DNA of 61,991 nucleotides, filler included, from Gemmatimonadota bacterium (GTDB lineage: Bacteria > 4572-55 > J002): NCBI GenBank assembly GCA_003697105.1. It is 6 parts of 6 records of this genome, joined end to end, with 100 filler letters (N's around TTAATTAATTAA, not from the genome) between each part and the next. Parts side by side here need not be neighbours in the genome. Positions count along the whole stretch, not along the records: positions 33,644 to 42,971 come from RFFQ01000103.1; positions 43,072 to 52,950 come from RFFQ01000104.1; 4 more parts are not named here. One strand, written 5' to 3'. Shown in pieces: positions 40,035 through 48,940 of the stretch (positions are counted from its first letter, which is position 1; every line of letters starts with the position of its first letter). The notes under the pieces are model-generated. The model saw nothing but the letters and a program-made list of their open reading frames with translations, was not told where the DNA came from and searched no databases. Position numbers and translations under genes: made by a program.

Positions 40035-40745
40035 ATGATCTTACCAAATGAGTTGTTATGGATCGGTTTTTTACTGATGGATTTTACCATCGCACTGCTG
40101 GTTTACCGGTTTTTCAAAAAAGAAGGGCTGTTCTTACTGATTGTTGCCAATATCGTACTCTGCAATTTGCAAGTACTAAAAATGGTGGAGCTATTCGGCA
40201 TTACGGTTTCGTTGGGGAACATCCTTTATGGTAGTATATTTTTCGCCACAGATTTGCTAGGGGAGGTTTACGGTAAAAAAGAGGCTCGCCGGGGTGTCAC
40301 TTTTGGTTTTTTGACATTGTTTTATATGACAATCATCATGCAAGTCACGTTGTTGTTTCAACCTGCCGAAGCAGATTTTGCTCATGAATCCATGACGGTA
40401 CTTTTTGGATTTGTACCGCGCATTGCTATTGCCAGTTTAATAGCGTACTATCTGAGCCAAATGCATGATGTGTGGGCGTTCCACTTTTGGAAGATCAAAA
40501 CTGAGGGGAAATATCTCTGGTTGCGGAACAATGCCTCTACGCTGGTTTCGCAGGCGATTGATAGCACAATTTTTGTGTTTATCGCCTTTTGGGGTGTGTT
40601 TGATTTGACCGTTTTTTGGCAGATATTGATTACCACGTACTTAATGAAAGTGGTCGTTGCCGCTATTGATACTCCATTTTTGTACCTAGCAAAACGCTTT
40701 GCTGAACCGGAAGAACCCCTCAAGGTGGTCCCATCCGTCTCTTGA
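40035..40745 (+). CDS. yhhQ: Queuosine precursor transporter (VUT/YhhQ family)
   Basis: TDLLGEVYGKKEA, PRIAIASLIAY, WLRNNASTLVSQAIDS, DTPF. Confidence 0.9.
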   Translation: MILPNELLWIGFLLMDFTIALLVYRFFKKEGLFLLIVANIVLCNLQVLKMVELFGITVSLGNILYGSIFFATDLLGEVYGKKEARRGVTFGFLTLFYMTIIMQVTLLFQPAEADFAHESMTVLFGFVPRIAIASLIAYYLSQMHDVWAFHFWKIKTEGKYLWLRNNASTLVSQAIDSTIFVFIAFWGVFDLTVFWQILITTYLMKVVVAAIDTPFLYLAKRFAEPEEPLKVVPSVS

Positions 40746-40827
40746 AGGTCATTCCCCCCCCTTAAAACCGTTTCCCGTGGATAATTCCGCCACGAATAGC
40801 CCCTAACTTTTAATAAATCAACGGATT

Positions 40828-40867
40828 ATAAAACCCTTAGGATATTGAGTCACCCTAAGGGTTTTAT
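40828..40867. terminator. Hairpin terminator downstream of yhhQ
   Basis: ATAAAACCCTTAGG / CCTAAGGGTTTTAT followed by Ts. Confidence 0.55.
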
Positions 40868-40886
40868 TTTCAGCCAGCTATTATTC

Positions 40887-41019
40887 AACCCGACATTCCG
40901 CACCCTAAAACTGTAACTTATTGATAAAGCTGATGTTACGAAAAGTGGGTATCAAAAATTCAAAAAACTAACGTCAATGTTATCAGCTACTTAAGTATGG
41001 GGTGCGGAATGTCGGAGTT
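40887..41019. mobile_element. Putative MITE (non-autonomous IS derivative)
   Basis: 16-bp perfect terminal inverted repeats CCGACATTCCGCACCC (40890-40905) / GGGTGCGGAATGTCGG (41000-41015) around an AT-rich non-coding core. Confidence 0.65.
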
Positions 41020-41077
41020 AACCAACCGGCCAACTCCGCCACATGAGAACGGTTGGCAGAGCTTCTTGGAATCCATC

Positions 41078-41106
41078 TTGACAATCGTGGATCGAGAGTG
41101 TAAGAT
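41078..41106 (+). promoter_or_regulatory. Sigma70-type promoter
   Basis: TTGACA-17 nt-TAAGAT. Confidence 0.65.
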
Positions 41107-41190
41107 ATTTTAAAATCAAAACTTTCGTAGATACTCTCGGGTGGAGGAGCCCGGCGAGTCTGTTCACGTTTTTTGTAGCTGGGGGATATT

Positions 41191-41760
41191 ATGCAGCTTG
41201 TTTATTGGTTTTATAGGAGTTTAATTTACCTTGTTATCAGTGTGGGGGTGGTGAGCCTTACCGGTTGCACCGCCGGAATGAATGACCGGTACAATATACC
41301 CGCTTATCCCACGGCACAGGTCGAAACACAGGGATTATCCGATCTATACGAGACCTTGGGGGAGTTTGAGCCGGTCATCCCAGATACGAATGCTTTTGCT
41401 TTTGGGCAATGGCAAAGCCTACCGGGGACGGATATTTCGAAAAGTGGCTTACGCAGTGGTTATAAATTTACGTTGCAAGGGGTCAACTTCACGGAGTATG
41501 TCGCGAACAAATATGCGTCCATTCGGGAGCATTATCTGAAAAGTGAAAACGCCGTATTACTCATTCAACGTGATAACTATCAGGAATATACAATTGTGTT
41601 ATTTTACCCGATTATTTCCAACGAAAGCATCTGGGAAATCAAAATTAGCAAAGTCATCTTTGATGCCAATGAATTTGGTTCTATCCCCACATATCAGGAT
41701 GTTGTAAGGCGCTGGGTGGAACAAGGCGTAAATGGATATGCCGGTGGAGATATTCGATGA
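41191..41760 (+). CDS. Hypothetical lipoprotein
   Basis: GGGGG RBS, hydrophobic N-terminus with lipobox LTG-C. Confidence 0.65.
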   Translation: MQLVYWFYRSLIYLVISVGVVSLTGCTAGMNDRYNIPAYPTAQVETQGLSDLYETLGEFEPVIPDTNAFAFGQWQSLPGTDISKSGLRSGYKFTLQGVNFTEYVANKYASIREHYLKSENAVLLIQRDNYQEYTIVLFYPIISNESIWEIKISKVIFDANEFGSIPTYQDVVRRWVEQGVNGYAGGDIR

Positions 41761-42140
41761 GTTCTTTGATATCCGGTACTTCTACAGAGCAGTCGAAACC
41801 ATCTCTATTTTCCATTTTTATCTGGGCCATGGTGATCGTTATTTCTGTTATCACGATCTATATTTTTTATTCGATGCGCCAGGGTCGCGGAAATGCGGCA
41901 ATTATCGTTCCAGTAGAAACGGAGGTTTGGGTGGATGGCCGCCGGCAATCACCCTACCAATTCTTTGGAGCCGACCGGACGGTTGAATTGTGGGTCTATC
42001 AATTTCATGCTCCAGCAGGTCGCCATCCGGTAACCATCATCGAACCAGATGGGACGGAACATGCATTTGAAATCATGATGGAAAGCAAGCGCCGTGTGGA
42101 TGCTTACCAGTTTATCGATGGCCGGTTAGAACCGTATTAA
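41757..42140 (+). CDS. Hypothetical single-pass membrane protein (PEGA-like beta domain)
   Basis: ATGA overlap with upstream gene; one TM; EVWVDG...PAGRHPVTI. Confidence 0.6.
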   Translation: MSSLISGTSTEQSKPSLFSIFIWAMVIVISVITIYIFYSMRQGRGNAAIIVPVETEVWVDGRRQSPYQFFGADRTVELWVYQFHAPAGRHPVTIIEPDGTEHAFEIMMESKRRVDAYQFIDGRLEPY

Positions 42141-42161
42141 CTCTGGATAAGCCGAAACTAC

Positions 42162-42709
42162 ATGAAACAGATTCAAAGTATCATCCGAAAAACGCTCCAG
42201 TACATACCCTACCGGAAACCTTTGCTTCTCAATGAAGCCGTAAACTTTGAAAAGCAATGTATTTTCATTGCCATACCTAAAACAGGCACAACCTCTGTCC
42301 GATCCCAGTTAGCGCAAAAAGGTACTCCCCTAATCGAAAATCCTCACCTTAATATCATACAAGTCCGGGATTCCCTGTATGTTTATCTGTTGAAACAAGC
42401 CCTTGGACACAACGAGACGTTCCCTTCTAAATCCGTTCCTTCAGATACAGAACTTCGCTTGCAAGCCAAGATATTTTTACCACGTTTTTTAAATTTGCGG
42501 CGGTACGAAATCCTTGGGCAAGAGCGGTATCGTTGTATGCAAGACGTGAAGGCGTAAGAACAAGCCTTAAAATTTCATTTGAAGAATTCTGCAAAAATCA
42601 CATGTTTGCCAGTGACACCTGCCGGCACCCGACATTGCACCATAACCAGTTTGATTGGTTATGTGATGAGCAGGGACAATGTCTGATGGACTATGTTTAT
42701 AAAATCTGA
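42162..42709 (+). pseudogene. Sulfotransferase family 2 gene, frameshifted and truncated
   Basis: 5'-PSB motif FIAIPKTGTTS in the first frame; after a frameshift near 42470 the other frame reads FKFAAVRNPWARAVSLY (3'-PB motif)...QFDWL..DYVYKI, then stop at 42707-42709. Confidence 0.8.
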
Positions 42710-42971
42710 AAACTCTGGAAAAGTGGTTTTTTATTGATTTATGGTGCCCTTTTGAGTATGAACCCTATTTTGTATTTTTGATGAGGATGTTGATTATGAT
42801 GCTTGACTCCTATGTATCCGTGTTAGAGGGTGGTTTTGGCGATAAGCGTGTCCGTGCCAACATTCAAGTGACGATAAAGAAATGATCGAACACCGGACGA
42901 CGCGGTTATGGTCTCAGAGTGAAGATAGTCTGGCTTACGAGCGTTCCCATCGTCTCATCAATGGGAGAGGC
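42706..42971 (+). mobile_element. Probable IS left end with frameshifted transposase N-terminus, cut by contig end
   Basis: ATG 42796 MMLDSYVSVLEGGFGDKRVRANIQVTIKK, continuing in another frame as MIEHRTTRLWSQSEDSLAYERSHRLING; FGDKR resembles IS4/IS50-type N-termini. Confidence 0.45.
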
Positions 42972-43071
42972 NNNNNNNNNNNNNNNNNNNNNNNNNNNNN
43001 NNNNNNNNNNNNNNNTTAATTAATTAANNNNNNNNNNNNNNNNNNNNNNNNNNNNNNNNNNNNNNNNNNNN
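42972..43071. other. Artificial contig linker
   Basis: 44 N + TTAATTAATTAA + 44 N. Confidence 0.97.
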
Positions 43072-43187
43072 TATTTTATGGCAAGATTTATGGAAAAAGA
43101 CGTCCGGTTTGTAACCGTATTGACAAGTTAATTCCGATATTTTATCCGATTTGCCAACGACCATTTATAAGCTAGACCTAAAAGGAG

Positions 43188-43679
43188 ATGAACATGATCC
43201 GCCATAGCCTCATCCTCAGTTTTGTTTTCACCTTTGGTATGGTGTGCTTCGCGTACAGCCAATCGTTAGGGCTTAACCCCAGCGCGACCCCCTTATCACC
43301 GAATTTGGTGGGTGATATGGCAACCAAAGGTATCAGCCTGATTGATCCGGCGAAATTAGATATAGACCAAAGCGTTACCGTCTCTTACGCCACCAATGGT
43401 CAAAACAGCCTGATGTCCAATCTCTACTTGAACACGATGAGTTACCAATTCAACCCGAAATTGAATCTGAAGTTACATTTCGGGTTGGCATACCAACCGG
43501 CGGCGGTCTCTTCCATATTGGAAACCGACCAGCGGTTTATCCTGCCCGGGGCGGAACTCACTTACAAACCCACCGAAAATCTAATGATTCACCTGAATAT
43601 CTCCACGGGGCAAGGTGGATATTTGGCACATGATGCAGGGGGTTTCCCCTCCTCAATCCTTTCAAAAGACAGATGGTAA
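43188..43679 (+). CDS. Hypothetical exported beta-strand-rich protein
   Basis: AAGGAG RBS, signal peptide, alternating beta pattern (LYLNTMSYQF, ELTYKP). Confidence 0.75.
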   Translation: MNMIRHSLILSFVFTFGMVCFAYSQSLGLNPSATPLSPNLVGDMATKGISLIDPAKLDIDQSVTVSYATNGQNSLMSNLYLNTMSYQFNPKLNLKLHFGLAYQPAAVSSILETDQRFILPGAELTYKPTENLMIHLNISTGQGGYLAHDAGGFPSSILSKDRW

Positions 43680-43754
43680 CCGCCCATCGTTGATGGGGAC
43701 GCACCCCATCCATTACCGGAGGGAGGGCGATATTGCGGGTTCAGGTGATTCAGC

Positions 43755-45473
43755 TTAAAAGGTCTCTGCTAAACCAAAATGAATTTTGCCTGCCGTAAAT
43801 CCATCGCCTTCCCCCAAGCCATAATCGATACCAATCACCCCAAGGCGTGAAGCCACCCGCAAACCAACCCCATACCCAATTTTCCACGCCCGGACGGTTT
43901 CGGTTTCATCCTCGGAGACCCACCGGTCAAACTGATAAAAGCCCCTATCCAGAAATAGAAAAAAACGAGATTCACGCGCCACTAAAAAACGATATTCCAC
44001 ATTTGACCAGCCAATCACATCGCCTCGAAATTGATCCTCTTTATAGCCTCGCAAGGAATGGGTGCCCCCTAATGAGAACTGTTCATGGACGGGAATCACA
44101 TCTTCTGTGCTGGAAATCAATGCCCCATTCAGCGCAATTGCCAAAGCTTGGCGCGGGAACAACGGAAAATAATGTTCCCAGCGGGCGGTCACGACCCCTT
44201 CTGCCGCATCCTCTTTTTCCTCATAACGGCGTTTACCGTAATGAGCAGAAATACGGAAAAATGAGCCATGATCGGGATTATACCGTGAATTTCGGGTATC
44301 CCAGGTGAGTGCCCCACCGGTAAATGTTTTATCGCTTTGGTCAATGGGGTTCTGTGCTTGTGCGCCGGGGATGACCTCTTCCGAAGCAAAATGAAGTTCA
44401 CCACTTATATCCGCCGTCACCGGCACATGAAGCCGCAGTTGTGCCTGACGCTTGGTATAAAGCGAATCCTGAATCGTTTGTTGCAGGTCAATTCCGGCGG
44501 AAAGCGGCGACCCTCCAATCCAAGGCTCCCGGTAGTAAAAATGGATAAAGGAAGAATAGGGGTCTTTCCGCTGCCAATCAACATCCACATGCCGTCCCGT
44601 ACCGGCCAGATTTGGGAATGATAGGTCAAGCTGGCTTGTCCAATAACCGGCGTGGGTGTTGTTTTCCGGGATGTAGCCGATCACGCCGCTTACCCGGCTT
44701 GTACGGTCTTCCACCACGCGTACCAGCAAGGTCACCCGCGTGGGGTCATCCGGCTGCAACAGTTGAAAAGGGGCAACTTCCGCAAAAAACCCCGATTGCC
44801 GGAGCCGGCGTTCTGCGGCATCAATCCGCTCTTGATTATAAAGGTCGCCTTCACGCAGGCGCAAAATCCGCCGGATCACTTCACTATTCGTGATGGTATT
44901 GCCCACAATTTGAATCGACCCCAGAGTAACCCGGCGTCCTTCATCGATGTGCATCCGAAAATTGAGAATCGATCCCTCTGAGGAATAGCGAAAATCCACC
45001 GGTTGCACCTTCGCATAGGGGAAGCCGTGCTCCGCATACCGGTGTAAAACCCGATCCACATCTTGCAAAAAGAGAGATTCCCGAAAAATGGTACCGGGAC
45101 GGGTATCCATAAGCGGTAAGAGCCGATCCGTGCGGATCGAAAAATTGCCGTACCAATCCACCTCACCCACGGTAACTTGTGGACCTTCATCAATGTGGAG
45201 ACTCACCGTACCGGTCGAATCGATCCAATTCCAGATAATACGGGCGTGGTGATAGCCTTCGTCCCGGTAGCGAATCAGCAATGTTTGAAGATTGGGATTC
45301 ACCTGAGACGAATCAAATGGAGTACCGGTTTGAAATGAAAAATCATTGAGGATGTTTTGGGTCGTAAATACAGTGTTGCCGGAGAGGTTGATCTGGTGAA
45401 TAACCGCGGAGGGCGCCGCACTGAAGCTACTTAAACAAACCAACAAAAGGACAGATACAACGTTAAGCTTCAT
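43755..45473 (-). CDS. BamA/TamA-family outer membrane protein with POTRA domains
   Basis: POTRA repeats (I..GN..T, IDEG), LGGTHSLRGY, GYGVGLR, C-terminal Phe. Confidence 0.9.
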   Translation of the reverse strand: MKLNVVSVLLLVCLSSFSAAPSAVIHQINLSGNTVFTTQNILNDFSFQTGTPFDSSQVNPNLQTLLIRYRDEGYHHARIIWNWIDSTGTVSLHIDEGPQVTVGEVDWYGNFSIRTDRLLPLMDTRPGTIFRESLFLQDVDRVLHRYAEHGFPYAKVQPVDFRYSSEGSILNFRMHIDEGRRVTLGSIQIVGNTITNSEVIRRILRLREGDLYNQERIDAAERRLRQSGFFAEVAPFQLLQPDDPTRVTLLVRVVEDRTSRVSGVIGYIPENNTHAGYWTSQLDLSFPNLAGTGRHVDVDWQRKDPYSSFIHFYYREPWIGGSPLSAGIDLQQTIQDSLYTKRQAQLRLHVPVTADISGELHFASEEVIPGAQAQNPIDQSDKTFTGGALTWDTRNSRYNPDHGSFFRISAHYGKRRYEEKEDAAEGVVTARWEHYFPLFPRQALAIALNGALISSTEDVIPVHEQFSLGGTHSLRGYKEDQFRGDVIGWSNVEYRFLVARESRFFLFLDRGFYQFDRWVSEDETETVRAWKIGYGVGLRVASRLGVIGIDYGLGEGDGFTAGKIHFGLAETF

Positions 45474-45539
45474 CCGCTACAGCCCCAATATGTTGGTAAA
45501 TAGGTGGAGGAAACCCCGGCAACATCTGTTTTAGCGGAG

Positions 45540-46325
45540 TCATGGATTAATTCGATCAGACCTTGCCTGTTCAATTGCCCTTAAAAAGGTCTGAAGCACC
45601 TGTTCTAGCGAGGTTTTAAAGTTGGCGAAGGCATACTTCCGCAAGGAATCGTATCCTTTTGCTTCCAGATGCTCAAAATTAGGATATGCCAAAATCGGAG
45701 CTAAGCCCACATCCTGACCGGCATCGGAGAGCGCCCCCACCATGCCGGCAACCAGTTGATTGTAGTGGTGTACTTTCTCCACCAACTGCTCCGAATCGCG
45801 GTGTTCCCAATAACCGCCTTCATCATCAACATGCTGCAAAATACCAAGTTTCTGCGCTACATCCAGCACTGCCACCACCAGCAGATGGGCTTGCAAAAAG
45901 TTTGGCGAACCGCCGTAACGGGGATCGGAGGCATACTGGGTTTTACATGCAGATTGCCATTGCCAGCCATCTAAACCGGTGGCAATCGTTTCATCCGCCA
46001 CGGTGACGGTCTGCGGATAGCGGCATAACCCGAAATGAGCCTTCTCACTGCCTTCACCGGGGTCGGCAGCAAATCCGATGAGTTGATCGGGGGCAACCTT
46101 CAAATAGTGCCCACCGTGTGGCAAATAAAACTGTGCCTGCACTTTTAACCAAGTGAACGCATCCCGCCGGTCGGGATCGCACTGTTCCCCTTGCAGATGG
46201 ATCACTTCAGTCACGTGACGAAAGGGCAATCCGGCAGCAATATCGCGCAGTTGCTCTACCACCACACATGCATTATCGACTAAATCGGTATCAAGTTTAA
46301 ACTGATAATGGATGGAAAGTCCCAT
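45540..46325 (-). CDS. Hypothetical protein
   Basis: 261-aa ORF, GAGG RBS, co-oriented in the operon; motifs MGLSIHY, GLCRYP, CKTQYAS, DEGGYW. Confidence 0.75.
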   Translation of the reverse strand: MGLSIHYQFKLDTDLVDNACVVVEQLRDIAAGLPFRHVTEVIHLQGEQCDPDRRDAFTWLKVQAQFYLPHGGHYLKVAPDQLIGFAADPGEGSEKAHFGLCRYPQTVTVADETIATGLDGWQWQSACKTQYASDPRYGGSPNFLQAHLLVVAVLDVAQKLGILQHVDDEGGYWEHRDSEQLVEKVHHYNQLVAGMVGALSDAGQDVGLAPILAYPNFEHLEAKGYDSLRKYAFANFKTSLEQVLQTFLRAIEQARSDRINP

Positions 46326-46332
46326 GGTTGCC

Positions 46333-47697
46333 TCAATTTTGTCGAATGTCGTAGTACTTCATTTTTTTATAGAGATTGGTACGTTCAATGCCGAGTACCG
46401 TTGCGGTTTGGGAGATATTCCAGTCATTTTCGTTTAGTTTGGCAAGGATGTACTCCCGTTCGATCTCATTTTTCAATTCTTTCAGGGTTTTGGCACCACT
46501 AATGTTCTTCCGAAAGACGGCTTGATGGTGGGAGATATATTCCGGCAAGTCATTCGCGGTGATTTCATCGCCAACAGTCATAATCACCAACCGTTCAATT
46601 AGGTTTTGGAGTTCCCGCACGTTACCGGGGTAATCGTATTTCATCAATAGTTCCATTGCCTCTGGCGTGACCGTTTTGGTGCGGAATCCATTTTCCTCAC
46701 AAAAGGTTTTGACAAAATGGTGGACATAAATGGGGATATCCTCTTTACGGTTTCGGAGCGGTGTGGCATGGATGGGGATCACATTGATCCGGTAGTAGAG
46801 GTCTTCCCGAAATTCATTTGCTTTGATCATCGCCTCCAAGTCTTTGTTGGTGGCGCAAATAACCCGCACATCCACTTTGATCGTTTGGTTGCCGCCCACC
46901 CGCTCGATCTCCTGCTCCTGCAATGCTCGCAGAACTTTCGCCTGTGTTTTCAGGGACATATCACCGATTTCATCCAGAAATAGGGTACCGCCGTCCGCTT
47001 GTTCAAATTTACCAATCCGTTGGGCGGTTGCTCCGGTAAACGAGCCTTTTTCATGCCCGAACAGTTCACTTTCGATCAACTCTTCTGGAATAGCGGCACA
47101 ATTGACCTTCACAAAGGGTTGGTCTGCTCGATTACTCAGCCGGTGAATTGCCCTAGCGATGAGTTCCTTGCCGGTACCGTTTTCACCCTGAATCAGAATC
47201 CGTCCTTTACTGGGCGCGGCTTGTTGAATTTTTTTCCATAAATTTTTAATCGCTTTGCTCTCGCCGAGTAATTCATACCGTTTTTCCAGTTTGCCGCGCA
47301 ACTCACGGTTTTCTTGCTTGAGATAGCTCTGTTCCAACACATGTTGTACAGCGAGGAGTGTCTTTTCCCGGCTGAGGGGTTTTTCTAAAAAGTCAAACGC
47401 TCCTAAACGCAGGGCTTCTACCGCATGTTGAATGGTGCCATGCCCCGAAATCATGATCACGGCAATATCCGGGCGGAGTTGTTTTAGTTTTTCCAACACC
47501 TGCATGCCCTCCATATCTGGCATCCAGATATCCAGCAAAACGAGGTCAAAATCTTCCTTTTGAGCAAACGCAAGGGCAATTTCACCATTTTCGGCTTGTG
47601 TCGTACGATGCCCTTCGCTGGTTAAAATCATGCTCAGGGCACGACGGATATTTTTTTCATCATCTACAATTAATATATTAGCCGTTCTATTTCGCAT
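46333..47697 (-). CDS. Sigma54-dependent response regulator (NtrC/NtrX family)
   Basis: REC (IVDDE, LLDIWMP, ISGHG), GENGTGKE, GSFTGA, YPGNVREL, HTH. Confidence 0.95.
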   Translation of the reverse strand: MRNRTANILIVDDEKNIRRALSMILTSEGHRTTQAENGEIALAFAQKEDFDLVLLDIWMPDMEGMQVLEKLKQLRPDIAVIMISGHGTIQHAVEALRLGAFDFLEKPLSREKTLLAVQHVLEQSYLKQENRELRGKLEKRYELLGESKAIKNLWKKIQQAAPSKGRILIQGENGTGKELIARAIHRLSNRADQPFVKVNCAAIPEELIESELFGHEKGSFTGATAQRIGKFEQADGGTLFLDEIGDMSLKTQAKVLRALQEQEIERVGGNQTIKVDVRVICATNKDLEAMIKANEFREDLYYRINVIPIHATPLRNRKEDIPIYVHHFVKTFCEENGFRTKTVTPEAMELLMKYDYPGNVRELQNLIERLVIMTVGDEITANDLPEYISHHQAVFRKNISGAKTLKELKNEIEREYILAKLNENDWNISQTATVLGIERTNLYKKMKYYDIRQN

Positions 47698-47711
47698 CGA
47701 ACATCCTCATA

Positions 47712-48680
47712 TTAGGGTCCTACATATACCGTTCGGTTTCCATCTTTAGTTTTTTCCAGACAGGTTTGCATCCGTTCTGCGAGCAAAGAATCCTCAGGAA
47801 CGCGGCTCGAAAGACGGACAAGCATCCCGTCATAACTGATAATATTCCGTTTTTTATCGGTCAGGATCAACATTTGTCCCAATTCCTGCCCGCGGTCACC
47901 GGTTTTGGCAATAATGGCATCGTTGAGTTTAAGGGGGCGGTCTAGTTTTGCCCCACTTCCCCCGGCGATTAGTACATCAATACCGGGCACAATCATCGCA
48001 ATATTTTTAGTTTTATCCAGCCCCACATAGGAGAGTACTACCACCAACTCGGCTTTTTTACGGAGGGTCGGCACCAACTCGCGCAGTGCCGTGACGGGAT
48101 CATCCGCCGCAATGCGTCTTTCATTACCGGTAGGGGCGGTGCCACTGGGGGTAATGCCGGTAATACCGATCTTAACCCCTTTAATTTTTTTGATGATATA
48201 CGGCTGCCAAAATACATCCCCGGAAGTTGCCCGTAGATTGGCAGAAACCAGCGGAATTTTGTATTTGGCGAAATTTTCCCGTAGATAATCCTCCCCCATA
48301 TTCATCAGATCAATCGTGGTGAGATTGACCACATCCACCCCGATTTCCGCCATGGCTTCCAACGCAAATTTACCACGTTCCTGATAAACCGCATTGCGTG
48401 CCCCAAACACCCGCCCCACATCGACTTGTAAAATGGCGGTATAGGGGTCACGCGCCTTAAATTGCTGAAGATAGCCTGCCCGCCGGGCAAACCCGCCAAC
48501 CGGATTGCTTTGTCAGCCACAGGGTTCAATATAACCGCGCAAATCTGCGCTATAAAAAATGGTAACATCTTGTGGTTTACGGAAATCAAACGGGTCAATA
48601 CCTTTCCAACGCAACGCACCATAACAGGCGATGATGGTGATCCCTAGCACAATCAAGAGTATCCGTTCGGAACGTGTCAT
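47712..48680 (-). CDS. UshA/5'-nucleotidase-like selenoprotein (C-G-U motif, in-frame TGA at 48513-48515)
   Basis: ATG 48680 (ATGA overlap with upstream gene): MTRSERILLIVLGITIIAC...VTIFYSADLRGYIEPCG-TGA-QSNPVGGFARRA..., in frame with track ORF 47712..48419; 322 aa, TGA is codon 56. Confidence 0.85.
48473..48493 (-). promoter_or_regulatory. Candidate bacterial SECIS hairpin
   Basis: GGTTTGCCC-GGC-GGGCAGGCT stem-loop with apical G about 29 nt after the TGA. Confidence 0.55.
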
Positions 48681-48922
48681 GAGTCATTACTCCGTGACGA
48701 ATCGGGTTGAAGATCGTCAAACACATGAACAAAAAGATTGCGAATCTCGTTTTCGACCATTGGGTTGGCATTTTCTTCATGGAATGTTTTTCCGGCAATT
48801 CGTTGGCGCCGGGTGACCAACCGCTGGTGAATAATGCGGATGAGTTTTTCTTGTTCGTGGTCTGGTAACATTTCCACGGTTTCAAGCACATCTTGCAAGG
48901 TTGGGGTCGTTGAGTCTCCCAT
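48677..48922 (-). CDS. Small hypothetical protein, antitoxin-like N-terminus
   Basis: AAGGAG RBS; TLQDVLETVEMLPDHEQEKLIRII helix pattern. Confidence 0.6.
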   Translation of the reverse strand: MGDSTTPTLQDVLETVEMLPDHEQEKLIRIIHQRLVTRRQRIAGKTFHEENANPMVENEIRNLFVHVFDDLQPDSSRSNDS

Positions 48923-48940
48923 AAGTCTCCTTTATCACTT

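Noticed and set aside
43078-43093. Sigma54 promoter TGGCAAGATTTATGG before the 43188 ORF
   Set aside because: The -12 element is GG rather than GC and the site abuts a contig end.
47712-48419. Track ORF as a stand-alone 235-aa gene, or a nonsense pseudogene
   Set aside because: Coding sequence continues upstream through a TGA placed exactly at a CxC-equivalent position with a downstream hairpin; selenocysteine is the simpler reading.
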